From Octopus vulgaris (taxonomy: Eukaryota): 64,000 nucleotides of DNA. The notes beneath the pieces are model-generated. The model saw only the letters and a list, made by a program, of their open reading frames with translations, did not search any database and was not told where the DNA came from. Numbering within the stretch: the stretch's first letter is position 1; each line of letters opens with the position of its first letter. A program made the translations under genes and the position numbers. The stretch covers positions 65,844,001 through 65,908,000 of the forward strand of contig OX597831.1 in the NCBI GenBank assembly GCA_951406725.2. The letters are read 5' to 3'. Positions 50,990 through 63,299 of the stretch are shown piece after piece.

Positions 50990-52010
50990 AAATAATGCAT
51001 GTCTTCATATCCATCAAGAACATTGGTAATTCCATGTTTCTTAAAAGATTGAGCAGTTATTTCTGTTCTGGTCGTTTTCCCATGATTTGTACAGTCATCC
51101 ACACTTGTGTAATTGGTGCACTGCTTCAGTCTTCCTGTGGGTGTGAGTCGATCTCAATCTCTCATCCACTTGCTCCAGTGTTCTTGTGTTTTACTTACAA
51201 GCCTTGTTTACAACTACATCTAAATGCTGCAACTGGATGATCTGTCAACCAAGAATGATACCTAGGTTTTCAAGTCTTCCACCTTTTTAACAGCTTTAGT
51301 ACTATAGTACTCAAAGCTGATCCCATATCAGGTTTTCCTAGATGCCTTGCCATATATTTTGTAATCATAGTTTCAGTCCAGCTTCATCATTCCAGTCTTT
51401 TCAATGAACAGAAACAAATGCACATTTGTAACATATTCTTTAGGTTGAGTGTTCTAAATATTAGAAACATTAGCAGTTTGTGCTATCAGTACAAGCCAGA
51501 TGTATTGCATATTGTTTTTTCATGGCCAATGGTTTTTATTAAGCTTCTTTTAGACCCTTTGAATCTCACAATATCACTGAAGGGTACATTAAATTTTAGT
51601 GGAACTTTAACTAATCTGTGAAAAGTTAATTTTTTTCTTTCATAATCAGATGGCATTTTCTGTGCAATTGATGCTTTTGTATGCAATGATAAACCCTGCA
51701 AGGTAACACTAACCTTCTGTTCCTGCAAATCTTTGAATCTTTTGCTCTTTTGATTTCACTTATCATTTTTGTAGAAGCACTTTTCCCAAAATTTCTTTCA
51801 CCTTTTAGCCTCATTCTTATCTTTTCTCAAGTTCTGATTGGGTAAAGAAGATTGCAGTTACCTTTTTTTCCACTGCTAGAATTGTATAATTTTTTTTTTG
51901 TAAGTGGTGGTCACCCTTGCTGCTACTCGGTTACCATATTCCTTAGCATAATTTATTACCATTAGTTTGAAGCACGTAGTATAGCTTAATCTCTTGCTTC
52001 ATTTGGCCAT
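50990..52010 (-). mobile_element. pogo-family (POGK-like) transposase fossil
   Basis: KRLSYTTCFKLMVINYAKEYGNRVAAR (BrkDBD-like), GLSLHTKASIAQKMPSDYE, IKTIGHEKT, QLQHLDVVVNK, TPTGRLK. Confidence 0.75.
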
Positions 52011-52084
52011 AGATAAAATGACATAAGCTTTTGAACCAACCTAGTGTTATTGGTTTTGTATCTACTGCAAAGCTGAAACTGTTT

Positions 52085-53700
52085 TGTTATTATCATAAAC
52101 TCATTGAGTTAAGATGCCGGACTATGGAAAGCATCCAAATACATGAAATGACAACTGAATGCAATTTGTAGAGCTTACAGACGGTATTGATACTATTAAG
52201 CCAGGATCAACTGGTACGTTGAATGTTGACATTAATGTTGTAATCCAACGTCAGACTGTTATAACATCCACTCTGGTATAGCAGTATAGTCAGTTAGACA
52301 AGTAAAACATGACTGTCTATAACTGACTTCGCCGACTTCTCAACTTCCTACGTCACAGTGTTTGTAACAAATAGCACATACCACTCGTCATGTGGGGGGT
52401 TCCATTATTATTTTTATTTTCCCCATAACATCTCCCCTTTTAAGTTTTTTTTTACTCAGGGAGTGTAATTTTATTTCTTTTTATTTACAATAATTTTTAC
52501 ATCCCCTCAACTCCCTTTTTTTTCATACAGTTACAAATTTAATACTTTTCCATTTGGCATCCACTTCCAAGAACTCCATACATTTTCTTTTTCTTTCCCT
52601 TGTCCGTCTGAGTTCAATTATTTGTAGTAGCATTGGTACTTGAAAAGTATCATATAAACATTCCATTGGTTCTTCCAGTCTCTTGGATTCACTCTCAATG
52701 AATCTTTCTTCAGTTGATTTATGTGTCTCTTGTATACCCATTTTCTTCCTTTTACCAAGTATAGCATTCTTCCTGTGCAATATATTTCAAAATTGGTGAA
52801 AATGTATTTGTTAGGGAAAATAAGAATGGAAAACAAAGTTTGGAAGATGGCACGATAACCAAATGCATTTGTGGGGTCCTTACATTGTCTATTTTAGGAA
52901 TATAAATTTGATAGTAATTTACTAATCCCCAAAATGCTTGTAGCATAGTCACATTATTCAACAAGTACATATTTATTATTGCAGTTGCTCTGGATGGATC
53001 TAGTTTCTGTCTGTTTTTATCTATTATCTGGTCCAAATATTTAAGTTTTTTCAGAAAGAACTCGCACTTTTCTTCACTTAGCTTAAAGCTGTAATCTCTT
53101 ATCTTTCTAGACATCCTTTTTATGTGTTCTACATGTTGTTTGTGTGATTCGCTTTTTATTAGAATATCGTTTAAATAGGTGATAGCAAAATCACAGTCAC
53201 CCAGTGCTGTATCCATTATTTGCTGAAATATGGAAGGAACCACTTTTACACCAAAGGGATGCCACTTAAGTTTAAATAAGCTATGGTGTGTATTAATGGC
53301 TAGTAAATGTGAGCATTCTTCTAGTTGGATTTGTAAGTATGTCTCTGAGAGATCTAATTTTGTGAAGAATTTCCCTCCATTCATCTTTGCAAATACTTCC
53401 TCAGGAGTCGGCAACGGGTTGTTATGGGAGCTTAAGCAATCCTTTAAACCCACTGAAAAATCTGCTCAGATTCATAACTTATTATTTTTCGCTTTTACAT
53501 AGACTGTCTTCTCGATTATCCCTAGGCTGTCAAGTCTTTCAAATTCCTTATTTGCATGTTCTAGTACTGTGAATGGTACATTACGTTTTAGCTTAAATAC
53601 AAGGGTTGCTCTTTGTTTTACTATAATTTTTGCCTTCATTTTCGTGCAACAGCCCAGTTCATCAAAAAAAACAAAAACATCTGGGAATAAATGTTTTATT
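52085..53700 (-). mobile_element. Deleted Gypsy/Ty3 LTR retrotransposon: RT fragment, integrase C-terminal remnant, PPT and 3' LTR
   Basis: LPTPEEVFAKMNGGKFFTKLDLS, PFGVK..PSIFQQIMD, YLNDILI; PPT aaaaggggaga followed by TGTTAT at 52430; distal LTR end uncertain. Confidence 0.8.
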
Positions 53701-54113
53701 TTTTAGAGTTGGGTTGAAGTACTTAATAGTTTGGAATAGTGGATGCCTGCAGTAAAGTTAGCCAATGATGGAATATGTCTAGGAAAACATTAGCTTGCAG
53801 GGGGCTCAACTTCACATTTAAAATGCAAGGCAATTTTACTGAGCAATTTTTTTCAGGAAATAAGTGTGTCATAAACATCTTATATCCTATCAAATATGGT
53901 AACAATCTTTAGCTAGTTAAGAAACTTCTAAAATAGTAAAGAGATTTCTATATAAACACATTGATGGATAAACTAAGCTCTAAGAAAACAGGCTAGGTAA
54001 TCACAAGAGAAGTGTACCTCGAGAGAGCCTCTACAGGGTCATACTGTATGTTAGAAGCAGCAGCTTAATACTCAACTGTCTTAAAAAAGGAAAAGAACAC
54101 TGTTGTCTTAAAC

Positions 54114-54498
54114 ATGGCTGTGTGGTAAGTAGCTTGTTTACCAACCACATGGTTCCGGGTTCAGTCCCACTGTATGGCACCTTGGGCAAGTGTCTTCTAC
54201 TATAGCCTCGGGCTGATCAAAGCCTTGTGAGTGGATTTGGTAGACGGAAACTGAAAGAAGCCCGTCGTATATATGTATATATATATGTGTGTGTGTGTTT
54301 GTGTGTTGCTTGACAACCGATGCTGGTGTGTTTACATCCCCGTAACTTAGCGGTTCGGCAAAAGAGACCGATAGAATAAGTACTGGGCTTAGAAAAGAAT
54401 AAGTCCCAGGGTCGAGTTGCTCGATTAAAGGCGGTGCTCCAGCATGGCCGCAGTCAAATGACTGAAACAAGTAAAAGAGTAAAAGAGAGAGAGAGAGT
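54114..54498 (+). mobile_element. SINE family A
   Basis: Near full length, small internal deletion. Confidence 0.92.
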
Positions 54499-55489
54499 AT
54501 TGAAAAGCTATGGCTGGAATGTAGTGATCATGCTGAGTCTAAACTGGCCAGATGCTAAAATATACCAGAAACAGCATTTTAATATATTTTTCTTTCATAC
54601 AAATTATTTAAGAAGTTATACAAGTTAACTTAATAGACAATAACCATTCTGAAACAAACTAGGTATGAACTGGAATCAATTCTGGAGACTAATTGTCAAG
54701 TGTAATAATAGGTTTATTGAATATTGGAGAAACCTTATATTTGAAATGCCACTCTTTTATGTGGAAATGCTATAGTGTGATAATGTTGGTATTTACAAGT
54801 TTTGACAATCAGCCACACACCCTGTTAATGAATTATTACAAATTAATGCAGCTATCAAAACAACAATTTAGTAAATCCAATCTGAGAAAAAAAGATTGGA
54901 TTTGCAAAATTGGTAAAGTGTCAGACAAAATATCTTGTGGAGGTTAGTAATGTTCTGAGTCCAAATTTCACTCTGATAAACTATGATGTTCTTCCTCCTA
55001 GGTTCAATAGAATATGCAACAGACTGGGATTGATATAATCTGCTAAAACATTTGATGGTGACACCTCAAAATAGCTGCAGTCCCATGACTGAAGCCTACA
55101 AAAGATTAAAAGAATACTGTTTTGAACTAATTAAGATTGAAATCATACTAAATATTATAAAGACAACTATATCTTCATTACTATTTCAGCTACAACTTTT
55201 GGTTTATATCTCTCCAGAGACCATAGTGTTCCGGTAGATCAGTGCTTATTACTGGTTTGAGACATCAAATGGATAGGAGGCACATCCCTGTAGATAACGA
55301 TACCCCAGTCTATCATTTACAGGCTTTGAATATTGTTGGTCGTTACATAACACATTAACCATTGCAATATTTTATGAGCAACTTGTGAAGGATTGAGCCA
55401 AAAGCTTTGTGTGATGATGAATTTAATGAAATCATTTGTACAGGGGTAATGATTAGATGAATTGTAATGATGCAGAAGTAGAATGCGCC

Positions 55490-55563
55490 ACCCCCACCAC
55501 CGCCGCCGCCGCCACCACCACCACCACCACCACTACTACTATCATCATCATCATCATCATCAT
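55490..55563. repeat. Compound trinucleotide repeat (CCG)(CCA)(CTA)(CAT)
   Basis: Seen directly. Confidence 0.9.
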
Positions 55564-55685
55564 TAAAGCTGTTTGCCACTGGCTGTTGATGAGTGTATTG
55601 AATGAAACATGATCTGGCACTAAAAAGGCAATGAATGACAATAGTTATATTATGGAATGTTTCTGCAAGTAATCCTAATTTTTAA

Positions 55686-55907
55686 CCCTTTAGTGTTCGC
55701 ATTATTCTGCCGAAATTAATCCTTTTATATCCACATTGTTTTGAACTAATCATGCATTAATCTTGTAGCTATGAGATTTTGATGAGGTAGCTGTTCATTT
55801 TTAAAATGATATTGTAGGGCTGGTGTGAGAGACCAGATCTGGCCAGTTTGAACATAAAACAGGCAGGATACTTTTGGCCGGATATGGCTGGTTTAAATGC
55901 TAAAGGG
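55686..55907. mobile_element. piggyBac-like MITE
   Basis: TTAA|CCCTTTAG...CTAAAGGG|TTAA. Confidence 0.85.
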
Positions 55908-56855
55908 TTAAAGTCTCTAAAGAATTTCATAATAGAAGTATCTTGCTAAATTCTGCTTCCTTAAAGGTTGAAGATTGGATGAAAAAGTACATGATAAATA
56001 AATCACTCAACAAATTTTTATTTTAACAAGAATTCACTTCTTGAGGCCAATTCATTTGTTATACATAAGTTTTTAAACCAAAATATAACCACATATGAGG
56101 ATTGAAATATAAATAGAGGTTTTGATCAGGTTCTTTGAGGTGCTTATTTGTATGGTACTAACATTTCTGGAAAATGGTAAAAAATTAAATATTTCAAAAT
56201 GTTTTTAATAAACATTTCTTACAACCTGTAATGATAACTAATTATCATTTCTTTGATTTTTCTCATCATTGTAATTAATAAGAACTCAATTTCAATCTAA
56301 TTTCAACAGATTCTTTAGACAAATCACTACTAGAAGCCTTCAGTTTCTTGCAAACAAAAAGTCTACATTGAAATATTAGTTTTCAGATATTTTAAAAAAT
56401 ATTTGCTTATATTGAAGATTTTGAAGGAAAGTCATTAATTTGAAAATATTCTTTCAAATTAGTTTTATAAATGGAACAACTTTCTTTTTCCAGTTGATAA
56501 ACAAAATCTATAAATGTTAACTAATTTGTAATGCATCCTTTTGGAGAGGTTTTTTTTTTAATATTTCCAATGGTGATATTTTGTTTCAATCTTAATTCTT
56601 TCTCTACAGTTTTTCTTTAAAGACCAATATTATGCGTATTGTTATATAGCAAAATATAGTTGTCATTAAAATCTTAATGATATTTACCTTGTCTCAGTTT
56701 CTAAATTTGTTCATAATATTTTGATAATTTTATAAAATTGATCTTTCATCTGCAGAGTGAAAAAAATTATTTACAAAAACATAAAAATTAATTACGGAGA
56801 TGTACTTGCATAGCGAGTGACTTGATCTGAGATCGTGTGCCGGAACGAAAACAAT

Positions 56856-57082
56856 TGCAGCATGGAAGGTGTTTATAAGTCATTTGAGAAACACACAAAA
56901 CCGTTAGATTCACTTCAACATTTAAATTTAATTTGTCAAAATATTTTTGTCGAAGTTTTGTCAGTGAACAGGTAGCGGTCTCAAAGAGACAAGAATATTT
57001 TGACAAATTAAATTTAAATGTTGAGGTGAATCTAACGGTTTTGTGTGTTTCTTTAATGGCTTATAAACACCTTCCATGCTAC
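56856..57082. mobile_element. Fold-back element (~95-bp arms) with a degenerate G3-C8 hammerhead-like motif at 56957-57007 (+)
   Basis: Arms 56856-56951 and 56988-57082; tttgtca-GTGAACA-G-gtagc...gagac-aag-aatatt-t-tgacaaa. Confidence 0.55.
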
Positions 57083-57202
57083 AAAAATTAATGTCTCTGT
57101 TTTATAGAAACCCAAACTTGAAGTTTTGACATTAGAATATGTGTTATCTACACTCTCCAGATGATACTTTTACCAGTTTCTCTTGTACTAAAATTAAAAG
57201 TA

Positions 57203-58702
57203 TTGAGTTCGTCAAAAAGTACATTCAGTTTTTGTTGACACTAAACTTCAAGCACTCTAATAAGTAGCTAACTTCAGTCTACCCCTTGCGCATGCACACT
57301 CATTTGATACTTGACACTTCAACATAGTTTGACATGAAATTGCAACAATACCGGTCATATTTTGTGTGCTTGGCATCAACTTGAAAATGGAGAACCAAAT
57401 CAAACATTATCAGCACCTCAAAATTTTTCTATTTTTGAAAAGGCGAGAATCAGTGGAAAGCTGCAGAAAAAAGCATGTAATGTGTACGGAGATGATGCTT
57501 TTAGGAAATGTGTGCCAGAAGTGGTTTTCAAGATTTTGATTTGGAAATTTTTCACTTCAGATCCACCTGGCATTGGCTGTTTAACTGAGATTAATGGCAA
57601 CAAAATGAAGGAGTTTGTTAACATATTATCAGGATGGTTGTAGATATATTCCAAATAACCAAATCGAATGTTGCAAACCATCTGTGTCAACTTGCTTACA
57701 TCTGCAGGCTCAATGTTTGGAGGAAATGATTTTAAGCGAATGGTGACAGAAGATGGAAAATGAATCAGCTATAACAATGTGAAGCAGAGATAACCATGGG
57801 GGAAGCATAGCAAACTATTACAAACAACCTCCAAAGCAGGGCTTCACCCAAAGAAGATTATGCTTTCAATCTGGTGGGATTGGGAGAGTCATGTAATGCA
57901 TGTCAACAGTCTCTTTCAAGACATGCAGCAGTTTCATTCAATAGAGCTGCATCTTGTTTCCTCCCGAAAAACATAAACAATTAACATTAAGGATTAAGAT
58001 ATTATTGGGGAGGTCAAAAAATCCATTCCTTTTTTTCTAAACAAAAATTATGCAAATTTTAAACCCAAAGCAATTTAAGAATATAGTTACTGTTTTGTTC
58101 CAATATCTCCTGCCATCTTGTGGATTGATCCATTATTTCCTGCTCAAAGAATTTCCTGTCTTTACTGGCAAAAAACTTTTACAGGTGAATTTTGACATCC
58201 TCTTCAGATTTGAAGGTCTGTCTATTCAATGAATTTTGAAGAGACTGAAACAGATGGAAATCTGAAGGCACAAGATGTTCAAATTGATGGTCCTGTCCTT
58301 GTTGGACAAATTAAATGCAGCAATTCAGTAGAAGTGTCATTGCAATGTCAGTCTGAACACTTATTTGCAGTCACAGTAGAAGTTATTAAGGCTTGGCTGG
58401 GAAGTTTTGTTGCACCCTCCATATTCACCCAATCTTGTGCCTTTAGATTTCCACCTGTTTCAGTCTCTTCAAAATTCATTGAATAGACAGACCTTCAAAT
58501 CTGAAGAAGATGTCAAAATTCACCTGTAAAAGATTTTTGCCAGTAAAGGACAGGGAATTCTTTGAGCAGGAAATAATGGATCAATCCACAAGATGGCAGG
58601 AGATATTGGAACAAAACAGTAACGATACTTTTAAATTGCTTAGGGTTTAAAATGTGCATAATTTTTGTTTAGAAAAAAGGAATGGATTTTTTGACCTCCC
58701 CA
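57203..58702 (+). mobile_element. Mariner fossil containing an inverted copy of its own 3' end
   Basis: TA-flanked degenerate TIRs; ACNVYGDDA, FKRMVTEDGK, AGLHPKKIMLSIWWDW, LGWEVLLHPPYSPNLVP.DFHLF. Confidence 0.85.
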
Positions 58703-58803
58703 ATAATATCTTAATCCTTAATGTTAATTGATTATGTTTCCGAGAGGAAACAAGATGCAGCTCTATTGAGTGAAACTGCTGCATGTCTTGACATGCATTA
58801 TAT
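57891..58803. repeat. ~375-bp inverted repeat (57891-58276 vs 58432-58803)
   Basis: Arms include the mariner 3' ORF, the TIR and ~100 bp of flank. Confidence 0.9.
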
Positions 58804-60057
58804 CAATTGCATTTCCAAAGCACTCTGAAATAATATTTTGGTTTTTATTGACTAAGAAGTAATAGATATACTGTGTGTGCAATCATGATGATGCTGAGAA
58901 TTAGGTTTTCTTGTTGGTTTTTGATAGAAAGATTGAAAATGATTTATGACTGAAATACTTCAAGATGAACCACACATGCATTTTGCGAATAATTAATTCA
59001 AATATAATTTAACCTAATTTTATGCTGATGAATGCCAATAGAGTTTCTCTTTTTCTTTATACTTTGGTCATTATATCTTCTGCATGAGTTGACATTGATG
59101 TATTTATTAAGAGATAATTTTATTGATTGTAACATATAATATGGAGGCCTGTTGAATGGTATTATTTATGTGCAATATAATGATGGATTTTACAGGCATT
59201 TATGTGAAGTTGTTTCTATTGTGTATTTCAAAAGATGGAGATTTGTTGTGGTCTATATAGAAGGTGTCTAAGTGAGTTTTTATGATAATGTTTGTATGAT
59301 ATGTGGTTTTTAGAGAGTTTAGTATGTTTAATGGTTGTTGATGTATTAGTTTATCATTGGATTTTGTTTATTATGTTTAACATTGTGTGATTGCATTCTA
59401 CTTTAGCGACCACTTTGTTAGCCATTATTTGGCTTTAAACTTGTTTCAAGTGAACACATTCTCGATATTCAGGTGACAGGTTCTCTGCATGTTTAAATAT
59501 CAATGTTTGCACTTAGATATTGTAACAGATATAACAGTGTCAAGAAGTCAGAAACTGACTTAGAAGGTCAGAAGTCAGATTAAATAAGAAGGCCCAGATG
59601 TCATAACAGATATAACAGTGTCAGGAAATCAGATGTCAAGTTGGACAATTTTATCTTGGTCAATAATGGTGTCCAGAGATTAGTTGTTGAATTAGATAAA
59701 TGTAGCAAGAAGCCATGAGTCAAGTTAAAAAATAATGTCAAGAGATCAAAAGTCAAGTTAGAAAGTAGTATTAGAGAAGGCAGATGTGAGTTAAAAAAAC
59801 AGTTTCAGGATGTCAACTGCATGGAAAGTTCTCTGCAAATGAGCCTTATACCAAATGTATCAGGAAATGTTGGGGTGAAAATTTTATAGGAGATCCTCAT
59901 AAATATCTTCTATTTTAACTTAACCTTTTTATTTCTAATTATTCACCATATTTCTGGCATAAAAAATCAGTGTCAATGGTCAACTTAGGTCTTGACACAT
60001 AATTTTCTGTTTTACAAAGAGAATTAGTTTTGATAAGGTTGTTATGACTTAATTAAT

Positions 60058-60451
60058 AGAAGAAGAAGAAGAAGAAGAAGAAGAAGAAGAAGACGAAGAA
60101 GAAGAAGAAGAAGAAGAAGAGGAGGAGGAAGAGGAAGAAGAGGAAGAGGAGGAGGATGGGGAGGAGGAAAAGAAGAGGAAGAAGATGAAGAGGGGGAGGG
60201 GGAGAAGATGAAGATGAAGGGGGGAGGAGAAGAAGATGAAGATGAAGGGGGGAGGAGAAGAAGATGAAGAGGGGGAGGGGGAGGAGAAGAAGGGGAAGGG
60301 GGGAGAAGAAGAAGAAGAGGAAGAGGAGGAGAAGGGGAAGAGGAGGAGAAGAAGAGGAAAAAGAAGAAGAGGAGGAAGAAGAAGAGGAGGAAGAAGAAGA
60401 GGAGGAAGAAGAAGAGGAGGAAGAAGAAGAGGAGGAAGAAGAAGGAGGAGG
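60058..60451. repeat. Purine-rich (GAA)n/(GAG)n tract
   Basis: Seen directly. Confidence 0.95.
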
Positions 60452-61767
60452 ATAAATCAACTGTAGAATGATGCGGAATAGGGATATGTTTATATTAAGA
60501 ATCTCGTGGTCTTTTATTGCAAGTGTTGCCTGTACCTTGATGAGACTATTGCAACAGTGATATATGTTCTTGTCATCCACAAAAGTCTTAATATAGCTGC
60601 TAGCAGCTATATTGAAACTATTTATAACACTAAATTCCACTGACATGTTTGAAAGATTTGGTTCTGACTCATATGATTGGTGGAAGGTGTCTCTCCCTAA
60701 CGCTGATAGGAAAAATAACATCTTATGAAATGAAAGTAATAGTTTCCAAAGCTACATGTATAAGCAGGTTTATTATATCCTATGTTAAAACTGAAGATTT
60801 ATATCTCCTACACATATTGAACTAAATTTGATTACTTCTTTATTTCATCTAAAAAATGTAGAATAAAATATTGCCATGTTTGTATTAGTAACTCAGAAAA
60901 TAGATAGATCAGTTGAGGATATTCACTTAGTAGATTACATTTTTGATTTTATTAATGAGAATAGAAAATTTGGTGAAGTGGACATTTTTATCATTGAAAT
61001 CAATCCCTTACCAGAAAATCCAGAAAAAAATAGCAATATCAAACTTGTGAAGAGTTGCTGATCAATATTTCTAGAAAATCAGAATACAATGACAGAGCCA
61101 CAACATATGTTAGTCAACAAAGCCTTACCCACTCAAATCCTGACTAACATTTAAATGTGACTGCGAAGTTGAACACTAGTTGCTTGAGAATAAGAAAAGT
61201 AATAAGTAAGAGTATATGGCTAGATAGGAAGGAATATTAGGTTTACATGTGTCAACAAGATTATTCACCAGAGATAAGCTGCAGCCTAATATATCTTGTC
61301 TAATATCTAAGAAGGCAATGTCAAACAGAGCAGATTCCGTGAACGGTTAATTAAACAATGGCTTCCATATTAGCATGTCAGTTCTCTAACAACCCAAAAT
61401 CTGGAAAATACCATCTGAAATTGCACTATTCTTTTCTTTGTTTATTTAATTTATTTACCAAGTTGTGAATAATAGCATTGTAGGTTACAAGTTTCCAGTG
61501 GGTTGATCAGTTTACCGAATTTTTTATGGTAACATAGAAAAGAGTATGTTAGTTTATTTTTCCCTTTGTTTGTTTCTTACTGATGTTTATTTTTTTTTTT
61601 ACCAAAATACTTCAGCCACATACAACATATAAATATAAAGTATTGGTGTTTAATATATATGGGGGCAGTTTAATGGGGATTAAGACATCATCTGATATAG
61701 AATTGAATTCTGAAATATAGTGTCAAAAGTATGTAGTTTTATATATTGTAAGAAACTGTGATAGTTA

Positions 61768-61797
<30 letters not shown>

Positions 61798-61803
<6 letters not shown>

Positions 61804-62020
61804 CAAAATAAGCAACAAGAATATCTCCTCCTGTAATTTGGTATGATTGTTTCACGCTACATCATTTTATTAAATATTGTAAATATTACAACAGTTTTAA
61901 AATGTTGAGCAATCAACATTTTAAAACTGTTGTAATATTTACAATATTTGATAAAATGATGTAGTGTGAAACGATCGTACCAAATTACCAGAGATATTCT
62001 TGTTGCTTAATTTGATTATA
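61798..62020. mobile_element. Fold-back hairpin (~110-bp arms, 4-nt loop) carrying a hammerhead 3' half
   Basis: Centre aatgttga-gcaa-tcaacatt; GAAAC-GATC-GTA-ccaa at 61968-61983. Confidence 0.6.
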
Positions 62021-62114
62021 ATCACCCCATGGAATTATATGGATAACACCATACAAAGTTCTGGTGCATCTAACTTAAGTACCATATTCATCTGAATCTA
62101 AATTTTGCTGAACT

Positions 62115-62179
<65 letters not shown>

Positions 62180-62187
62180 GTATATAT

Positions 62188-62284
62188 ATATTTAGCAGAA
62201 GTAACAGAGTAACTCAGAGTCTGAGAGTTTCATGCGTTGGCACTTACTAAACTAGTTTAAGTCTCTGTTACTTCTGCTAAATAT
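62188..62284. repeat. Short hairpin element (22-bp arms) next to (TA)n; related copy at ~62667-62773
   Basis: atatttagcagaagtaacagag ... ctctgttacttctgctaaatat; shared agagtttcatg..ttggcactta. Confidence 0.6.
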
Positions 62285-62818
62285 TAATAAAAATATACAT
62301 CTACTCATATTTTGAGGTCTATTTTCCCTGTTTGCATCAACAAATACACACACACACACATGCACACACATTTGTTTTGGAGGAGTTTTGGATCAGGATG
62401 CTTATATAAGTTGGATTTTTTCATTCTGAAGTGGATTTTTCCAATTTTTTTTCCATCACAGACTTTGAAATGATGGAGGGAAGCTTTTTATGAAAAAAAA
62501 GTTTGGAAAATTTATGATTTCTTCTGCTCATCAGGACCGATTTTGGTCAACTTTTTTGCATTATGCACTTCAAAATGCTGGGAAAATTTGGAAAAGTCTC
62601 TGTCAAAAGTATTCTTATCTGCGAGTATTCTTATCTGAAACTTTGTTGTATTTTTCTCTTTTTATCAATAAGCAGCAAAAGTTACAGAGTGACTGAAGAG
62701 TTTCATGGCTTGGCACTTATTAATGCATGAAACTCTTCTCTCATTAACTATTCTGTAACTTCAACCAGCTATTAATTTTAAAAAAAACGTATATATACTC
62801 ATGTTATATATATATACA

Positions 62819-63042
62819 TGCTGGCAGAAACGTTAGCACGCCGGGCGAAATGCGTAGAAGTATTTCGTCTGTTGTTACGTTCCGAGTTCAAATTCTGCCG
62901 AGGTCAACTTTGCTTTTCATCCTTTTGGGTTCGATAAATTAAGTACCAGTTTCGCACTGGGGTCGATGTAATCGACTCATTCCCTTTGTCTGTCCTTGTT
63001 TGTCCCCTCTATGTTTAGCCCCTTGTGGGTAGTAAAGAAATA
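62819..63042 (+). mobile_element. SINE family D
   Basis: Matches the 34031 and 40074 copies. Confidence 0.9.
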
Positions 63043-63087
63043 CATATATATACATACATCTGTCTGTCTGTCTGTCTCTCTCTCTCT

Positions 63088-63139
<52 letters not shown>

Positions 63140-63299
63140 TAGTGTGAATATGTTATCTTTGATATATTTAAGATAGCGTATTTTTACATTGATTTTATAT
63201 CCTTATTTCACATATCTTTATAGTATATATTCACTAATATACACATAGCATGCAGGTGGGAATGGTGTTTAATGAAGGGTGGTATGTGCAGAGTATCTG

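Noticed and set aside
53723-53905. 60-aa ORF with a possible acceptor
   Set aside because: No convincing donor or homology
56688-56749. Exon-like segment with good acceptor and donor on the minus strand
   Set aside because: Stop codons in all three frames; could only be non-coding
60053-60721. 222-aa ORF and overlapping poly-E/poly-S ORFs
   Set aside because: Mostly (GAA/GAG)n repeat; the KTFVDD segment is at best a decayed RT relic
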